From the NCBI RefSeq assembly GCF_947568905.1, contig NC_079168.1:73718001-73782000 (forward strand): 64,000 bases of DNA, read 5' to 3'. Positions within the stretch are counted from its first letter, which is position 1. Each line of letters starts with the position of its first letter. Below the pieces are notes generated by a model. It saw only the letters and a program-made list of their open reading frames with translations, was not told where the DNA came from and ran no database searches. Positions 51,455 to 64,000 of this stretch are shown one piece after another. The position numbers were made by a program, and so were the translations under genes. This DNA is from Ostrea edulis. Lineage: Eukaryota.

Positions 51455-51670
51455 ATACCATGTGTAACAGAAAGGGTGAAATTGCAACTAACCGGATCGA
51501 GATTCGAACTCGGGTCTGGTCCGTTGAATTATCTCCCTTCCGCGATAACTCATGTTCGAATCCTGGTCACGGGGATGGAGAAAATGCAACAAACCAGACC
51601 GGGATTCGAGTCCAGGCCCCAAGAATCTCTAGTCAGGTGTTCTACCAATTGAGATATCTGACTATCGGCG
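51455..51670 (-). mobile_element. Short tRNA-derived SINE, two adjacent partial copies
   Basis: Minus strand A-box-like ATCTCAATTGGTAGA and B-box-like GACTCGAATCCC / GAGTTCGAATCTC. Confidence 0.6.
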
Positions 51671-52413
51671 ATCAAACCACTCTGTCTACCACAAATGTTT
51701 ACTCGATATATATAACAATAGAATATTCAACTAATTTGGCAGATGAATGGAGAAATATGGTGAAAACTGAGACTTCTCGTATCTTTATGGATTCATGTTC
51801 GGTTTAACAACTTAATTAAAATTGATAATTACATCAGACATTTGCAAGCCGTTTTGTTGGAAATGCTATTTAATTGTGTAATCCATTTCATCTGTATCAA
51901 TTCGTGATTAAAGTCATAATCAGGCATGGTTACATTAAAGATAATAAATTCTAGCCTTCTATCAATACCAGTACATACCTTTTACAAATATTGTTTTTAT
52001 CTTTTAAGGTGAGTGTTTATTACTTGATATTCTTTTTCAAGATGAAATATACAAACAATACTTTATTCATGATTATAAATCCACGTTCCAGTTTTCAGCA
52101 AATGTATCTCTTCTCCCAAAAATTTTCACACAATGCAATCTCAAATCGATTTCGATATCCATATTCAATGACTACATTGTTTGACGTTAAGAAAACTATG
52201 AAAACTATCGGCTTTATGGACGGGCAAAAACCCTAATAAAAATATTCAAATATTGCCAAACGTTTTACATTTGAAAAACATTTGCTATGATAACAATATC
52301 TGGTCTTCATTACATGTACATAAATACCGAGAGCAGACTGCCTCGTAAACTGATGACTACATGTAATTCATATACTTGCAACTTACACGCCGATTTGGTG
52401 TCCTTTAAGTTGC

Positions 52414-55211
52414 TCATTTTACATTAATTGATGCATCACATAAGTCATCAGGAGACACCGTACCCTGGAGCACCTGATAACCGTTTTTCCTCTGCTTGTT
52501 GCTGATTATAAGGAGTCTAAACAATGGAGACATGATATATACAAGCATAATACATGGCAATGCAGGAAGAGCACAATGCTAGTGTAAAATATGATATACT
52601 ATTCACACGATAAAATGCGCAGGATTACATTTTCTACACTATTAGATTCAATATTTTACTGCAGATTTTAGTTACGAAATAATTATAGGTTATAGACTTT
52701 GTATGGGAAAATATGACGACCGAGTTTTTTGGCGCGTAGACGGACCGAGCTTGCGAGGTCCGTCCGCGACAAAAAACGAGGTCGTCATATTTTTCCATAC
52801 AAAGTCTATAAACGTTTTATTATATACTTTCAATTTCATTTAGAAATTAAGAATAATTTATATTTAACAATTTCTTTATTGGTTTAACTGAGTAAAAGAT
52901 GAAAAACACGAAAAATTTGAAAATTAACGACGTAGTAATTTGCTTGTGTATTGATTATGACGTAATGTTTGCGGACCGGAATGTTTCCGGGCATATATCG
53001 TGTGATATATGCCCGCAAACTTTTAAAGAAAAGAGAAGAGATGAAATTGAAAGTATATAATAACTTAATTTATCTGTATGAAAATCAATCTCATATAATG
53101 AAATAATGGTTTACAGTTAAGATTTTACAAATGACACAAAAAATGAATGCATATTTTAGAATATACAATTGTTCTGAATAAAGTATTGGAGAGCCAAACA
53201 AAAATTAAAACAAAAAACCACAAGATAATCCTTAAAGGAGAGTTCACAGTCGATGAAAATTGACGGATTTTCAAATAAATACGGTACAACAACACAAACA
53301 CAAATGGATACTGGAAACACAGCCAGATAGCGATAACAGTGGAAACAATCTGATTGAAAGCTAGACACACAGGAAGATATACAGTGTCTTAAATTCATAT
53401 ACATGTAACCATGATGATGGTCAAAGGGATTGTCATATTTTGGAAACCTGACTCATTGATGGAGGGGCACAAACTCAATGCCATATTCACACTGATACAA
53501 CAATGACCAAAAAGACACTCAAACATAATCACAATGATAGACTACTGACCAAGAGGAAGAAGAAAGGCTCGCGCCGGTAAGTGAGAAAGTTTCTCAGTTT
53601 ACTTTCGGAAGGTCGGTGGTCTCTTCCCAGGTACATTGTATCTGGGTTCTCTCTTCCGCCAATAAAAACTGGGCGCCACCGGATAACTGAAAAATTGTTG
53701 AGTGTGGCGGAAAACAGCAAAATGCAATCAATTTATGTAACACCACTGTTCGTTATCTTCACCTTTCATGATACTGACAACGGATAGGAACACATTCGAA
53801 TAAATATATTCAAATCAACAGAAAACTGACAAATGGTAAGAACACAGACTCAAAGATTGTTCACATTACCAAGGCAACTAATCAAGAACAACGGCCTACG
53901 TGTTACATACCAATTGTTATGCCGTTCTTTGCACACTGATTCTGATTACAGAACGTTCCGTCTACCTGATGAAGATTTCGGGCTCACGGCGGGTGTGACC
54001 GGTCGACTGGGGATACTTGCTCCTCCTGGGTACATGATCACAGGGGTCTATGTTTCCCCAACTCTATTTTGTATTCCTTATAGGAGTTATGAGATTGATC
54101 ACTGTTCGTTATCTTCGCCTTTTACTTAAATGATGTTCACAATAACAAGACTAGACTAAGATTGAGAGCACTAACGTAAGCTATACTATAGACCCTGAAA
54201 AGGAAGAACACATACTCATGCTCAACTCACAATAACAGGGCAATGCTAAAATTGAGAGAAAGAACAAAAACTCGATCTATAGCAGATCACCGGAGAAAGA
54301 AGATCGACTCAAAACTATGCTGGCATTGACAGATCACTGACCAGGAGTAGAATAACACACTTGAACTATACTCACATTAGGATGATGCAGGCCAAGAAGA
54401 ATAACATATACTCAAACCATAAAAGTGTGTACATCGCTTTCTCAATAGCTTAAACTATCCATAATGAAATTCAGGTGTTTTGGAAATTGCGGTTTGCTTT
54501 ACACACCTATTGATCTACAGAAGAAACAGTAAAAACAATAGCTTCCTAAACCACATTTGGAGAATATGATTAAGTAGACACTAGTCAAGAAATGGGGCGC
54601 AGACTCAAGAGCATACTCACATTAAAAAAACGCTTGCCAAGAGAAGAAACACAGAAAACACTAAGAAGGCTGCTCCCCTGTAAATGTCAACAGTGGCAGA
54701 ATATATGGATGATCCAATCACCGATCCCACACATCCACACATGGTCTCTACTATAGCAATTCCAGCATACATTGTACCTGTAAATTCAGAATTCTGAACT
54801 AACATGAATATATACATTTGTATATACAACAGTTAATATTCGTGTCCTCAAAATAAATTTCATTATATATATATACAATATTTCGAATGCAATGTGTATC
54901 ATTCATGATCCTCTTAAATGTACGTTAAATAACTGTATCCCATTTCCATTCTCAATGACCGTGTAGCGTGTGACAGCATGGCGAGAATTCCATCGTCATC
55001 GAAAGCAAGTTTTCGACTTGCCTAGATGGTCGAGCGGTCTAGCGCGCTGGTTACATGCTGCTAGGAGATTTGGTTCCGCAGGTCGTGAGTTCAACCCCGG
55101 GTAGGGGCGGATTTGGGTATCCAAATAAAGTGAAATTTTCTGTGCTTTATATTAAATATTTCTTCACTTAGGGCAGTTATGTTCATTTAAGAGTTCATTG
55201 CTATTTCTGTG

Positions 55212-55259
<48 letters not shown>

Positions 55260-57760
55260 TTGTTGGGCAAACACGGACCCCTGGACACACCAGAGGTGGG
55301 ATCAGGTGCCTAGGACGAGTAAGCATCTCCTGTCCAATCAGTATGAAACATGTCAAACAGCATTTGAACCCAATGATAGGTTGTATTGACGAACTAGATT
55401 GTTATAACGACCATGGAATTTGCAAAATGCTGACTTCAATCGAGACCGTTGAAACCCCTGTACCATCAACTTGTTTGTCAGTAGCTTGCCTCGATTTAAA
55501 AACTGGCTATACGCAGAACAAGTTCTTGCGTATCAAATAATTTGAGATATATTAACACCATATGCAGGTGATAATGGAATATTGCTACATAAATATAGTA
55601 TGTTGACGATGGAGAAGCTGAAATAATCCCGTTTGTCATACAGTTGAGTTGTCAGATTGCCGTTAATGTCTACTTTCAATAAAATATCGAAGTATTGAAG
55701 CAGAATCGGACGACTCTGTGGTGTCTTTTATTTCGAGCTCACAGGGATATATCGAATCGACATATGAATAAAAGTTATCATTGTTAATAGACAAAACGTC
55801 GTCGATATATCTAAATGTCGAATTGAAAGCCACAGCAAGAGATTTCTTCTTCTCACATGTAAGTTTTTGAATAAATTCTTCTTCACATGAATATAGAAAC
55901 AGGTCAGCTAACAAAGGAACACAATTCGTGCCCATGGGAATTCCAACAGACAGTTGGAAGACCTGATCACCAAATTTATAGCTATTTTCAGCGTTCTGAT
56001 CTTTCATTATTANNNNNNNNNNNNNNNNNNNNNNNNNNNNNNNNNNNNNNNNNNNNNNNNNNNNNNNNNNNNNNNNNNNNNNNNNNNNNNNNNNNNNNNN
56101 NNNNNNNNNNNNNNNNNNNNNNNNNNNNNNNNNNNNNNNNNNNNNNNNNNNNNNNNNNNNNNNNNNNNNNNNNNNNNNNNNNTAAATACTCAATCAATAT
56201 GTTTTGTGTTTTTAGTAGTTATGGATGATCCACATGTACTACGTACCTTGCTTGTGGGCAGGTGTCATTTTGGACATGACAGACCTGATCAAAGGTATAG
56301 AGCACATCCCAAGAGCACCGACCACGGTTGCTAAATATATAGAGGCAAGTAAAATATCACTTTAATGATTCCATCTTTGTATATGTTTTATTACACCGGT
56401 GTAAAAATGACTAATTGTTTTTAAATTTCCGGTATATCAATTATGCTGTTAATTATGAAAATTGCCGTTATTTAGTAATTTAATTAATTTTCCTGTTCAA
56501 TCTTAGAAATATCAACTCTCAGTTACAAATATTCATATGATGTGAATGTACTTCACGTTAATGTTATTAAACAATTTATTAGGTAAAAATACTGATATTT
56601 AAAGCTTGTCTTGTTGAAAGAGATTAACATGTGAGACTTTCACATTCAAAGTACATGTATTTCATATCGAAAGTGTATATCTCACCTATGATCATAAAGT
56701 TGGTAGATTTTGCAAATCCAATCATAATGAACGAAACAATAGCAGAAAGTGTTCCCACTAAGGATATCATTTCGTCGCTAAGTTTGTATTGCATGATTTT
56801 TATTCCCACTAAGATGACACAATCAGAGCCAATGCTCTTGCTTGTTTGAAATATCCCTATAGTCACTGGAGTGAAGCAGAAAGGTGAGTTCATTATGTAA
56901 TAGATCTCAACACTGAAAGAACCAAGTCTGGGCAATAATGTACACACAAGTGCCGACAAACAGAGGACGTATTTCCATTTAGATGAATGTTGATTTATGG
57001 GATCGTCATCAACATAAAACTGTACCAAGTTTTTCAGGTAAGACTTTATATTGCAATCTAAACGTATTCTTTTGTGTTCCTGAAGGGTTTCTTGAACAAA
57101 ATACAGAATGCCCATCGTCATAACACACACAATGCTAGAAATGCCAAGGCTCCAACTGTAACCTAGCTTTTTAATGATAAATCCAGATGAAAAGGAACCA
57201 CAGGCATACCCCAAACTGACCATAAATCCAACAAATGCAATCAAGAAAGATCTGGATTTTCCTACGGATGTCAAATCAGATACCATTGCCATAGAGATAG
57301 ATAGCTGTGTCACCCAGCTTCCACAGCAACCGTCGATGAAAATAAAAACAAGAAACACGTAGACATTCCATTTACATGCCACTGCTATACTCATTAAAAG
57401 AGTTTTCAGAAATACACCAATCAGACTCACAAGGATTAAAGGCTTCCTGCCTTTTGAGTCACTCAAGGAGGAAAATAGACCTGCCGATATTAGCAACGGT
57501 ATTCCCTGAGAGAGCGACATATATGTTGACCACTTGGATACTTTGGATTGTACGATTTGTTCTTGACGATACTCCTCAGAACTCGTGTTGGTGTCACACA
57601 AAGAGCGGTTGGAATGATCGCTGCGATAGTGGAATGCCTCGTGCCCATATTCACCGTAGGAATAAGACCCGACAGAGTAGGCAAAACCAAACGTAAACAG
57701 CATTACACAAATAGGAATAATATTCCTACGGTATTGTGGATCCGTTTTCAACGACTCCAT
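52414..57760 (-). CDS. SLC46-family MFS transporter paralogue, 472 aa
   Basis: Exons 57760-56686, 56330-56247, 54777-54621, 52516-52414; the 84- and 157-bp internal exons and phases match the first paralogue. Motifs SSLSDSKGRKP, YYIMNSPFCF, RSVMSKMTPAHKQG. Confidence 0.88.
52690..53063. mobile_element. Multi-palindrome non-autonomous element (possibly Crypton-type)
   Basis: 122-bp hairpin 52690-52811; perfect 23-bp inverted repeat 52817-52839 / 53041-53063; perfect 12-bp stem 52988-53015. Confidence 0.55.
53567..53732 (+). mobile_element. V-domain-like SINE, 5'-truncated
   Basis: Reverse complement of 62163-62352; GGTCGGTGGTCTCTTCCCAGGTAC core. Confidence 0.75.
53900..54124 (+). mobile_element. 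Naiad PLE 3' fragment
   Basis: GGGCTCACGGCGGGTGTGACCGGTCGAC...GTTATCTTCGCCTTT. Confidence 0.8.
54130..54425. repeat. Degenerate tandem repeat of roughly 45 bp
   Basis: Recurring AAGAA(T)AAC..ACTC...CTATA..CA...AGATCAC motifs. Confidence 0.45.
55257..56012 (-). mobile_element. Naiad-type PLE RT fragment next to a (TA)n tract
   Basis: VGIPMGTNCVPLLADLFLYS and FRYIDDVLS; adjoins the (TA)n run at about 55215-55255. Confidence 0.88.
56013..56182. other. Assembly gap, 170 N
   Basis: Run of N. Confidence 1.
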
Positions 57761-59086
57761 ATTGGTTCACTGAGGGTAGACGTGACGCCGTTGAGGAGGA
57801 AGTTGTTTTCTCAAGGAGGGCAGTAAAAATGCACTTTTTACTCCGAACTTCCAAATTCTGTTTAAAATGGTATATCGCCCTTTCATGAAATAAAATACAA
57901 GACGATTTAATTTCCTACAAAATATTGTAAACCATCATATCGTCTCAATTATGTAAGGAAATATAGTATGAGGAAATCCTAAAAATAAAGATCACGTGTG
58001 TTGTTGTAATAAGGAAACATCATGAATCCTAACTGACATAAAAATATTTAGAATGTAGAACAGGAAATAATAATATGGAAAATACCTGATATTATTTTTT
58101 AGAACAGATAAGCCTACCTTCTGCCAGTAATGAATAACGCGTGCATTACTCACTTGTACAATTGCAATTTTTTTATTGGTTTAGAATATACGGTACATGT
58201 ACATCTCTACTGAGGCAGAATTTATGTAATAAGAAAATAATAGCTTGTGGTGGACTTCTCATTAAAGATGTTCGCTCCTGACATTTGGAGTAATGTCAAT
58301 TTTCTGGGAAGCGTATTTTAAATTTCTACGTTGAAGGAGGAGCAGAAAATTTAAAGAAATGGGGACGCAATGCTTGTTATTAAACTACCGTGTTCTAAAC
58401 ATGACCTTCTTGCACTTAAAATTTATTCAATTAAACTTGATTTGTCTGTTGGTGTCAACACAATATAAGAAACAGAAATCAATCATTACATAAAATAGAT
58501 ACATAATCATGTATTCTAACAACACAGATTTAAAAAAAAAAAAAGAAAAAGGTTTAGTACAAGTAATGGTAATAAATAATGACCTTTTTGCACTAGATAT
58601 ACGAAAAAATTCATGATATCAAATTTGAGAGTCTAAAACGACATATTAGGAGGAATGCCAATTTCTAAAATTTCACATACTTTTCACGGACTGTCTTAAA
58701 ATTTAAAATGGAGCTAAAAAAAAAAATAAAAGTGGGTATTGGAGATCAAATTTTTTAATTATTGGCAAAAATATTGAATTTTTATGCAAAATTTCGGGTA
58801 AATCAATTTAAACATTTTTAAGAATCGGTGTACTATTTGGAAAAATATATCAACCAAATTAATCAATTACAACATTTGATTTTGTCTCAACTACTTGTAT
58901 CATAGAGTATAAAACTGAAATACACTGAAATAAAACTGAAAAAAGGAGTATAAAAATAGAAGATATATTAGATGAACGTTTTGGTTATAATCAATTCTTC
59001 CGCCACAAAATATAGTCCCTGCAAAAACCTTTCAAAATTTGAATTGACAATTTTTTTCAACTGGATAGGGTTCAGCAATAGATGTG

Positions 59087-59209
59087 GAAGGTGAAGATAA
59101 CGAACAGTGATCAATCTCATAACTCCTATAAGCAATACAAAATAGAGAGTTGGGCAAACACGGACCCCTGGATATACCAGAAGTGGGATCAGGTGCCTAG
59201 GAGGAGTAA
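59087..59209 (-). mobile_element. Naiad 3' fragment absent from the paralogous block
   Basis: Empty site AATAGATGTGTAATA at 46711-46725. Confidence 0.88.
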
Positions 59210-59510
59210 GTGTAATATGTTTGCACCAATGGGATCAGTATTAAACCAGTAAATACTTAGTTGTAGCATCCTGCACAGTTGTGCTCAAAATCTCAGGAGC
59301 TAACTAAGATATATCGATTATTTATTAACAATACTCATTTACATTCATGTGTTGATTCGATATATCCCAGTGAACACGAAGTAAAAACACCAGAGTCCTC
59401 CATATCTGCATCATATTTTATTAATCATTTTTTTCTCGAGCTCGGCTACTGATAGACACATTGATGTTACAGAGGTTTCAGTTTCGTTTAAAGTCAGCAT
59501 TTCGTAAATT

Positions 59511-59764
59511 ATATTCACGAGGGGATCTGGGTTAGAATAGGTCCCCCGTATCCCTTGCTTGTCATAAGAGGCAACTAAATGGGAGGGTCCTTCGGATGAT
59601 ACCGCAAAAACCGAGGCCCAGTGTCAAATCAGATTTGGCAGAATAAAGATCCCTCCCTGCTCAAAGGCTGTAAAGCGCCGAGCATAGACCTAAATTTTGT
59701 CTTCATATGAGTGAAAAATTATCGAAAGGGACGTTAAACAATGTACAATCAATCAATTAATTAA
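59511..59764 (+). mobile_element. tRNA-less SINE-like element inserted in a decayed Naiad RT (about 59340-59880)
   Basis: TCGTAAATT duplicated at 59502-59510 and 59765-59773. Confidence 0.8.
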
Positions 59765-60869
59765 TCGTAAATTCTATGATCGTTATAATGATGTAAAACT
59801 TATACGGTACGAATGATCTAATTTGCAAAAATAACCTGTCATTGGGGATGATGTTGACTAATGTGTTTCATACCAATTCAATCGGACTAAAGGCAGACCT
59901 CCATGTATGCGATAGCATAGATAGAGGTCTGGTTTAGCCACATTGATGCTAATTGTTAGGCCGTTTTTTACACATTGATTTTAACTATGGATTACTCCGT
60001 TTTCTGAAATGTATAATGTACACCCGAGGCGGGTGTGATCGGTCAAAAGGGGGTGCTTGTTCCACCTTGCCACTTAATACGCAACTTCCAAGATATCAGC
60101 TCTTCTGTGATGGAGGTACGTTCAATGTTCTATGGAACGCTTCGGTGGGTACAAGATGTATACATGTATACTGACCATATCAAGAATAGTATTTGTTTGA
60201 ATTAGGCCATTAAATTAAATATGAAATTATTTTTTATTTCCTCTTCTGCAAGAGTGATATTCTAATCAAAGAAAGATGATGATTATCGATTTTCGTTTGA
60301 GCTATTTTATTATTAAATACTAATAAATTTATAAATATTGTGTGTCCCTGCAGTTTGGGTGGTTGTATGGTGTCTGATAATCGGCCTTTAAGCATATAAA
60401 TGAAGGCAGCGATAAGCATTTGTACCCACCGCGTGTGGACGGTAGTATAATTTGCGTCTCACTGTGCGTAAGAGTTCCACAAAGGGAAAGAACTATTGGG
60501 CAACTCGGAAATTGCGTATTACATTATACAGACGTACGTCTCTCTTCCCTTCGTGATACATTCTGTTGTTCTATACTGTTCTATATAAGCCGGAAATGCT
60601 GTTTAGTGTGAAATTTCAACCGGGTAAAGTGGGTTAATTCACAATGAGTTCAGAAAATTAGAATTATCAATATTTTCAATATCAATAACAGGATTAGAAT
60701 TAGGTTTGAAAATGAACTAGTTGCAATTCAACATGACTGCAAAGGAAGATAAAGAGAACAGCAGATGAGTCCAATTTCACTGAAAGTTGAATGAAACATG
60801 CAAAACCATAGACAAAGTCTGCTGCAGAACTTAGACAATGGATGGGTACCGGGCAGGTACGCCAACTTG

Positions 60870-63800
60870 ACTACATCTGAATATCTACTGTCAAAAGAAA
60901 CCTTCATGTCAGAGTGCGAGTAAACTTAACCTCCCCATGTGATGAAACACATTACTCCACTTAATGCAACCAAATTACCAGTTTTCTCAGGAGATAAGAG
61001 GGGAGATACTTCTTATGACTTATTGTATTATGAAGTCAAATATTTCATGAAGGATGGGGTTAGTGCTGCAACAATCTTATAGAGTATAAAGAAATCATTG
61101 AGTTCAAGAGTATCAAGGGTTCTTATGCACCTTAGTACAGATACATCCATTGAGAAAATCTTCCTCAAGTTTGACAGTGTATATGGCATAGTGGACGATA
61201 ATGAGAACTTGATATTACAATTTTATAGTGCCTCACAGAGGAAAAGTTTTAGATCTGAACGAAATTGCAGATTAGAGGATCCTCTAGACAAAGTCATTCA
61301 GAAAGGAGAGATAACTACCAATACAGACCAGAAACATGCTTTGGAATGACTTGTTGAAAAAATATAATAAGTCACATCTTTAAGGAGAGTGGCTATTTTG
61401 AATAACACACAGATAATGAGTGAAACGCTATGATACAAATAAAGAGCACTATGGTAAATGAGATGGGAGAAGAGAGTAATGAAGTACGCACCAGATATCC
61501 AAAAGAGACATAATTCAAAGCAAGGAAATTTTAGTCGAGTTAAAGATAAACAGCGCGAAGGAGACATAACGTACTACAAATGTAGTAGAAAAGGACATAT
61601 GGCAGTAGGATGTCGATTTCGACTTGATCACAAGAAAAAATTCAAATTCCAAAGGCCCTACACCGAGAGGCGGGGGTCAGGGTACGAACAAGACCAGCAT
61701 CAATCAAGACTAATAGATCCTATGGACGCGAGTATGCATATAAATGGAATCCCAGCTTGTGTCAACCAATCATTTTACCAGCAGCGTTTTTCAGACATTG
61801 AAATCCAAGATATTAAGGAGGATTTTCATCTTCAATGTGTTGATTGTAGTGTTTTACCTTACAAAAGAGCAGTAGAGCAGGAGATATTATCCGAGGGCCT
61901 CGGATATACCGATAAAAAGAACATGCATATCGGTTCTTGCTGGTGGATGATGCCACTTGTCACAGCAACGTCCCCATACATTTAAGAACAAGCGTTCATA
62001 GGACAATGATGGAGGAATCAAGAGACAGTCATGGTGACAGACTTTTACACACCCGCATGAACCATGGTTTTGGACATTTAGATGGACTCTCGCTGTGCAA
62101 AAGGGAATTGCAGAGGAATAAATACAGATTAGGTGTTATTTAATGAAAGGTCAAGATAACGATTGATTGATTGATGTTTTCCGCCACACTTAACAATTTT
62201 TCAGTTATCTGGTGGTGCCCAGTTTTTATTGGTGGAAGAGAGAACCCAGATACAAGTACCTGGGAAGAGACCACCGACCTTCCGAAAGAATACTGGGAAT
62301 CTTTCTCACTTACCGGTGCGAACGGGATTCGAACTCGCGCCGACAGAGGTGATCAAGATAACGAACAGTGATCGATATAAGGAACACAAAATAGAGAGTT
62401 GGGCAAACATGGACCCATGGATATAGCTTAGGTGGGATAAAGTGCCTAAGAGGAAGCATTCCCTGTTGATCCGCCACACCCTCATGAACCCTATATCTTG
62501 ATTTGGTAAACGGAGTAATCCGTAGTCCAAATAAGTGTGTAAAAACGGCCTAATAATCGGTATGAAATACATTATACAGCATTTGACCCAATGATAAGCT
62601 GTATTGCCAAATTAGATCATCATAACGACCATAGAATATGCGAAAATCTGCAGAGATCAAACCAGGCAATCATGCCACAGTTCATGGTTATGTAGATAAG
62701 ATGGTTCCATACAATTAGCCCGCAGTGCTGTTACAGGATACTACGAAATTAGTAATTACCAAGGAGTTAGATGTAATAACTAATATAGTTGATTATAAGT
62801 ATGGTCATGAGTAGCAATGTTACAAAACGGACTGCTAAGATTACATCAAATACAGTGATAGCTGAACTGTGGTCTGACATTGGAGGAAATTCTTATATTG
62901 CCCATTAGCATTTCAGATCCAACCATGTATAACATACCCGAGGACAGCTTGACCAATGAGGAGTTTCTTAAGACAAACGAGATGATCGCCATGAATGGTG
63001 ATATTTTTCATGGGGAGATACAAACTTCGGTCATATGACAATTGTTCAACACAGAATTGAGTTGGTAGATATATTCCCTTCAAAGTTTCAGAAGGTTCGA
63101 ATTAGTGTAGAAATGAGTGATAAGAAGGTCGGATTCACCATTTTCCAGCAATGTAGGCCTTGTTAGGAAGAAAAATGGAGATTAAGAATGTGTGTGGGGA
63201 GTTGAACAATAAGACAAAAAGATACCTAAGCTTGGTCCCGTATTGAGATATTGGACAGTATATTGAGGAACCGCTGCTTCACTGCAATTAATGCGAAATC
63301 AGGATACTACCAAATTGAGTTAGATTAGGAACACAAGGGCAGCTTTTTTGTTGGTCCTCTGAGATTCTTTGAATACATTCGGATGCCATTTGGATTATCC
63401 AACAGCCCAGCTACATACCAATGACCCATGAAGGATCGTCTTGGAGAATTCCACCTCAACATTAGCTTTATTTTCGTAGATGAAAGTAATAGAATCAGAT
63501 TTGGTTGAGTTTTGGTGAAGGTGGTAGCATTTGATAGGAAAAATAAGACAACAGATGGTTAGAAAAGGGGCCACTATCAGATTATACATCAGCCTAACCC
63601 AGATATACCAGTGTTTATTGTCAAGACAGAATATGGAACAGGCAGAGTACGAACTATCCTTCGGAATCTGCTTCTTCCTGTAGGTACATAGATCCTGAGA
63701 TGTGTCACACACAGTTTCGAACCCCAGAAAGAAAACATAACAAGAGAAGAAACAAACCACAGTTAAGGTAGTATATCAAAGTGAGGAATCAGATTCCAGT

Positions 63801-64000
63801 GACCCTGATGATTATTTCCTTTTAAAGGTACCGGTACCACAAGTGAGAGCGACACCCCTATAGATGATCTACCCATCGTCACTGAGAGGGGAGTGTCACT
63901 TGGTGTACCACAGCAACGACCTGAGAAGGAAGTCATGGATACCCTTCCACCCCAAACTGCAGAGAGTGGTGGTCAGATGCCTGTGAATGAGGAAGTTATA
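60870..64000 (+). mobile_element. Decayed, internally deleted Ty3/Gypsy LTR retrotransposon
   Basis: PNMA-like gag (KLPVFSGD, FDSVYG, FYSASQ), knuckle xYKCSRKGHMAVGC, RT FEYIRMPFGLSNSPATYQ, integrase C-terminus GRVRTILRNLLLP; many stops. Confidence 0.82.
62163..62352 (-). mobile_element. V-domain-like SINE inserted in a Naiad 3' end (62143-62650, minus)
   Basis: 12-bp duplication TCAAGATAACGA at 62151-62162 and 62353-62364; B-box GAGTTCGAATCCC. Confidence 0.85.

Noticed and set aside
53125-53404. Hydrophobic minus-strand ORFs as the last exon of the second SLC46 gene
   Set aside because: No fitting splice phase or similarity; 52516-52414 fits better.
53405-53460. Second hammerhead-like motif (ATGATGATGGTC...GGAAAC)
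   Set aside because: The core is altered and stem II does not pair.
55663-56334. ORFs spanning the N run
   Set aside because: They are artefacts of translating through the assembly gap.

Overview
AT-rich animal genomic DNA; the repeat families suggest a bivalve mollusc, probably an oyster (inference, no database search). Three intron-containing genes were assembled by hand with consistent splice phases. The first is a 22-coding-exon HLTF/SMARCA3-like HIRAN-SNF2-RING helicase (+, 10085-28216, 1139 aa) whose HIRAN 3'-end-binding pocket looks degenerate. The other two are tandem SLC46 (PCFT-like) MFS transporter paralogues (-, 36288-38819 and 52414-57760). The rest is largely mobile DNA: many Naiad-type Penelope-like element (PLE) fragments, tRNA-headed and tRNA-less SINEs, Kolobok-, Mutator- and ISL2EU-like non-autonomous DNA elements, Helentron fragments, an L2/CR1 fragment, a deleted Gypsy element and several minisatellites. 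The most novel-looking observations are a retroposed SINE-like family with a fixed, structured 5' head instead of a Pol III promoter (possible self-cleaving RNA), the divergent HLTF paralogue, and a 2.5-kb element with ~560-bp inverted arms carrying a hammerhead relic. All alignments and folds were done by eye; family names rest on recalled consensus features.
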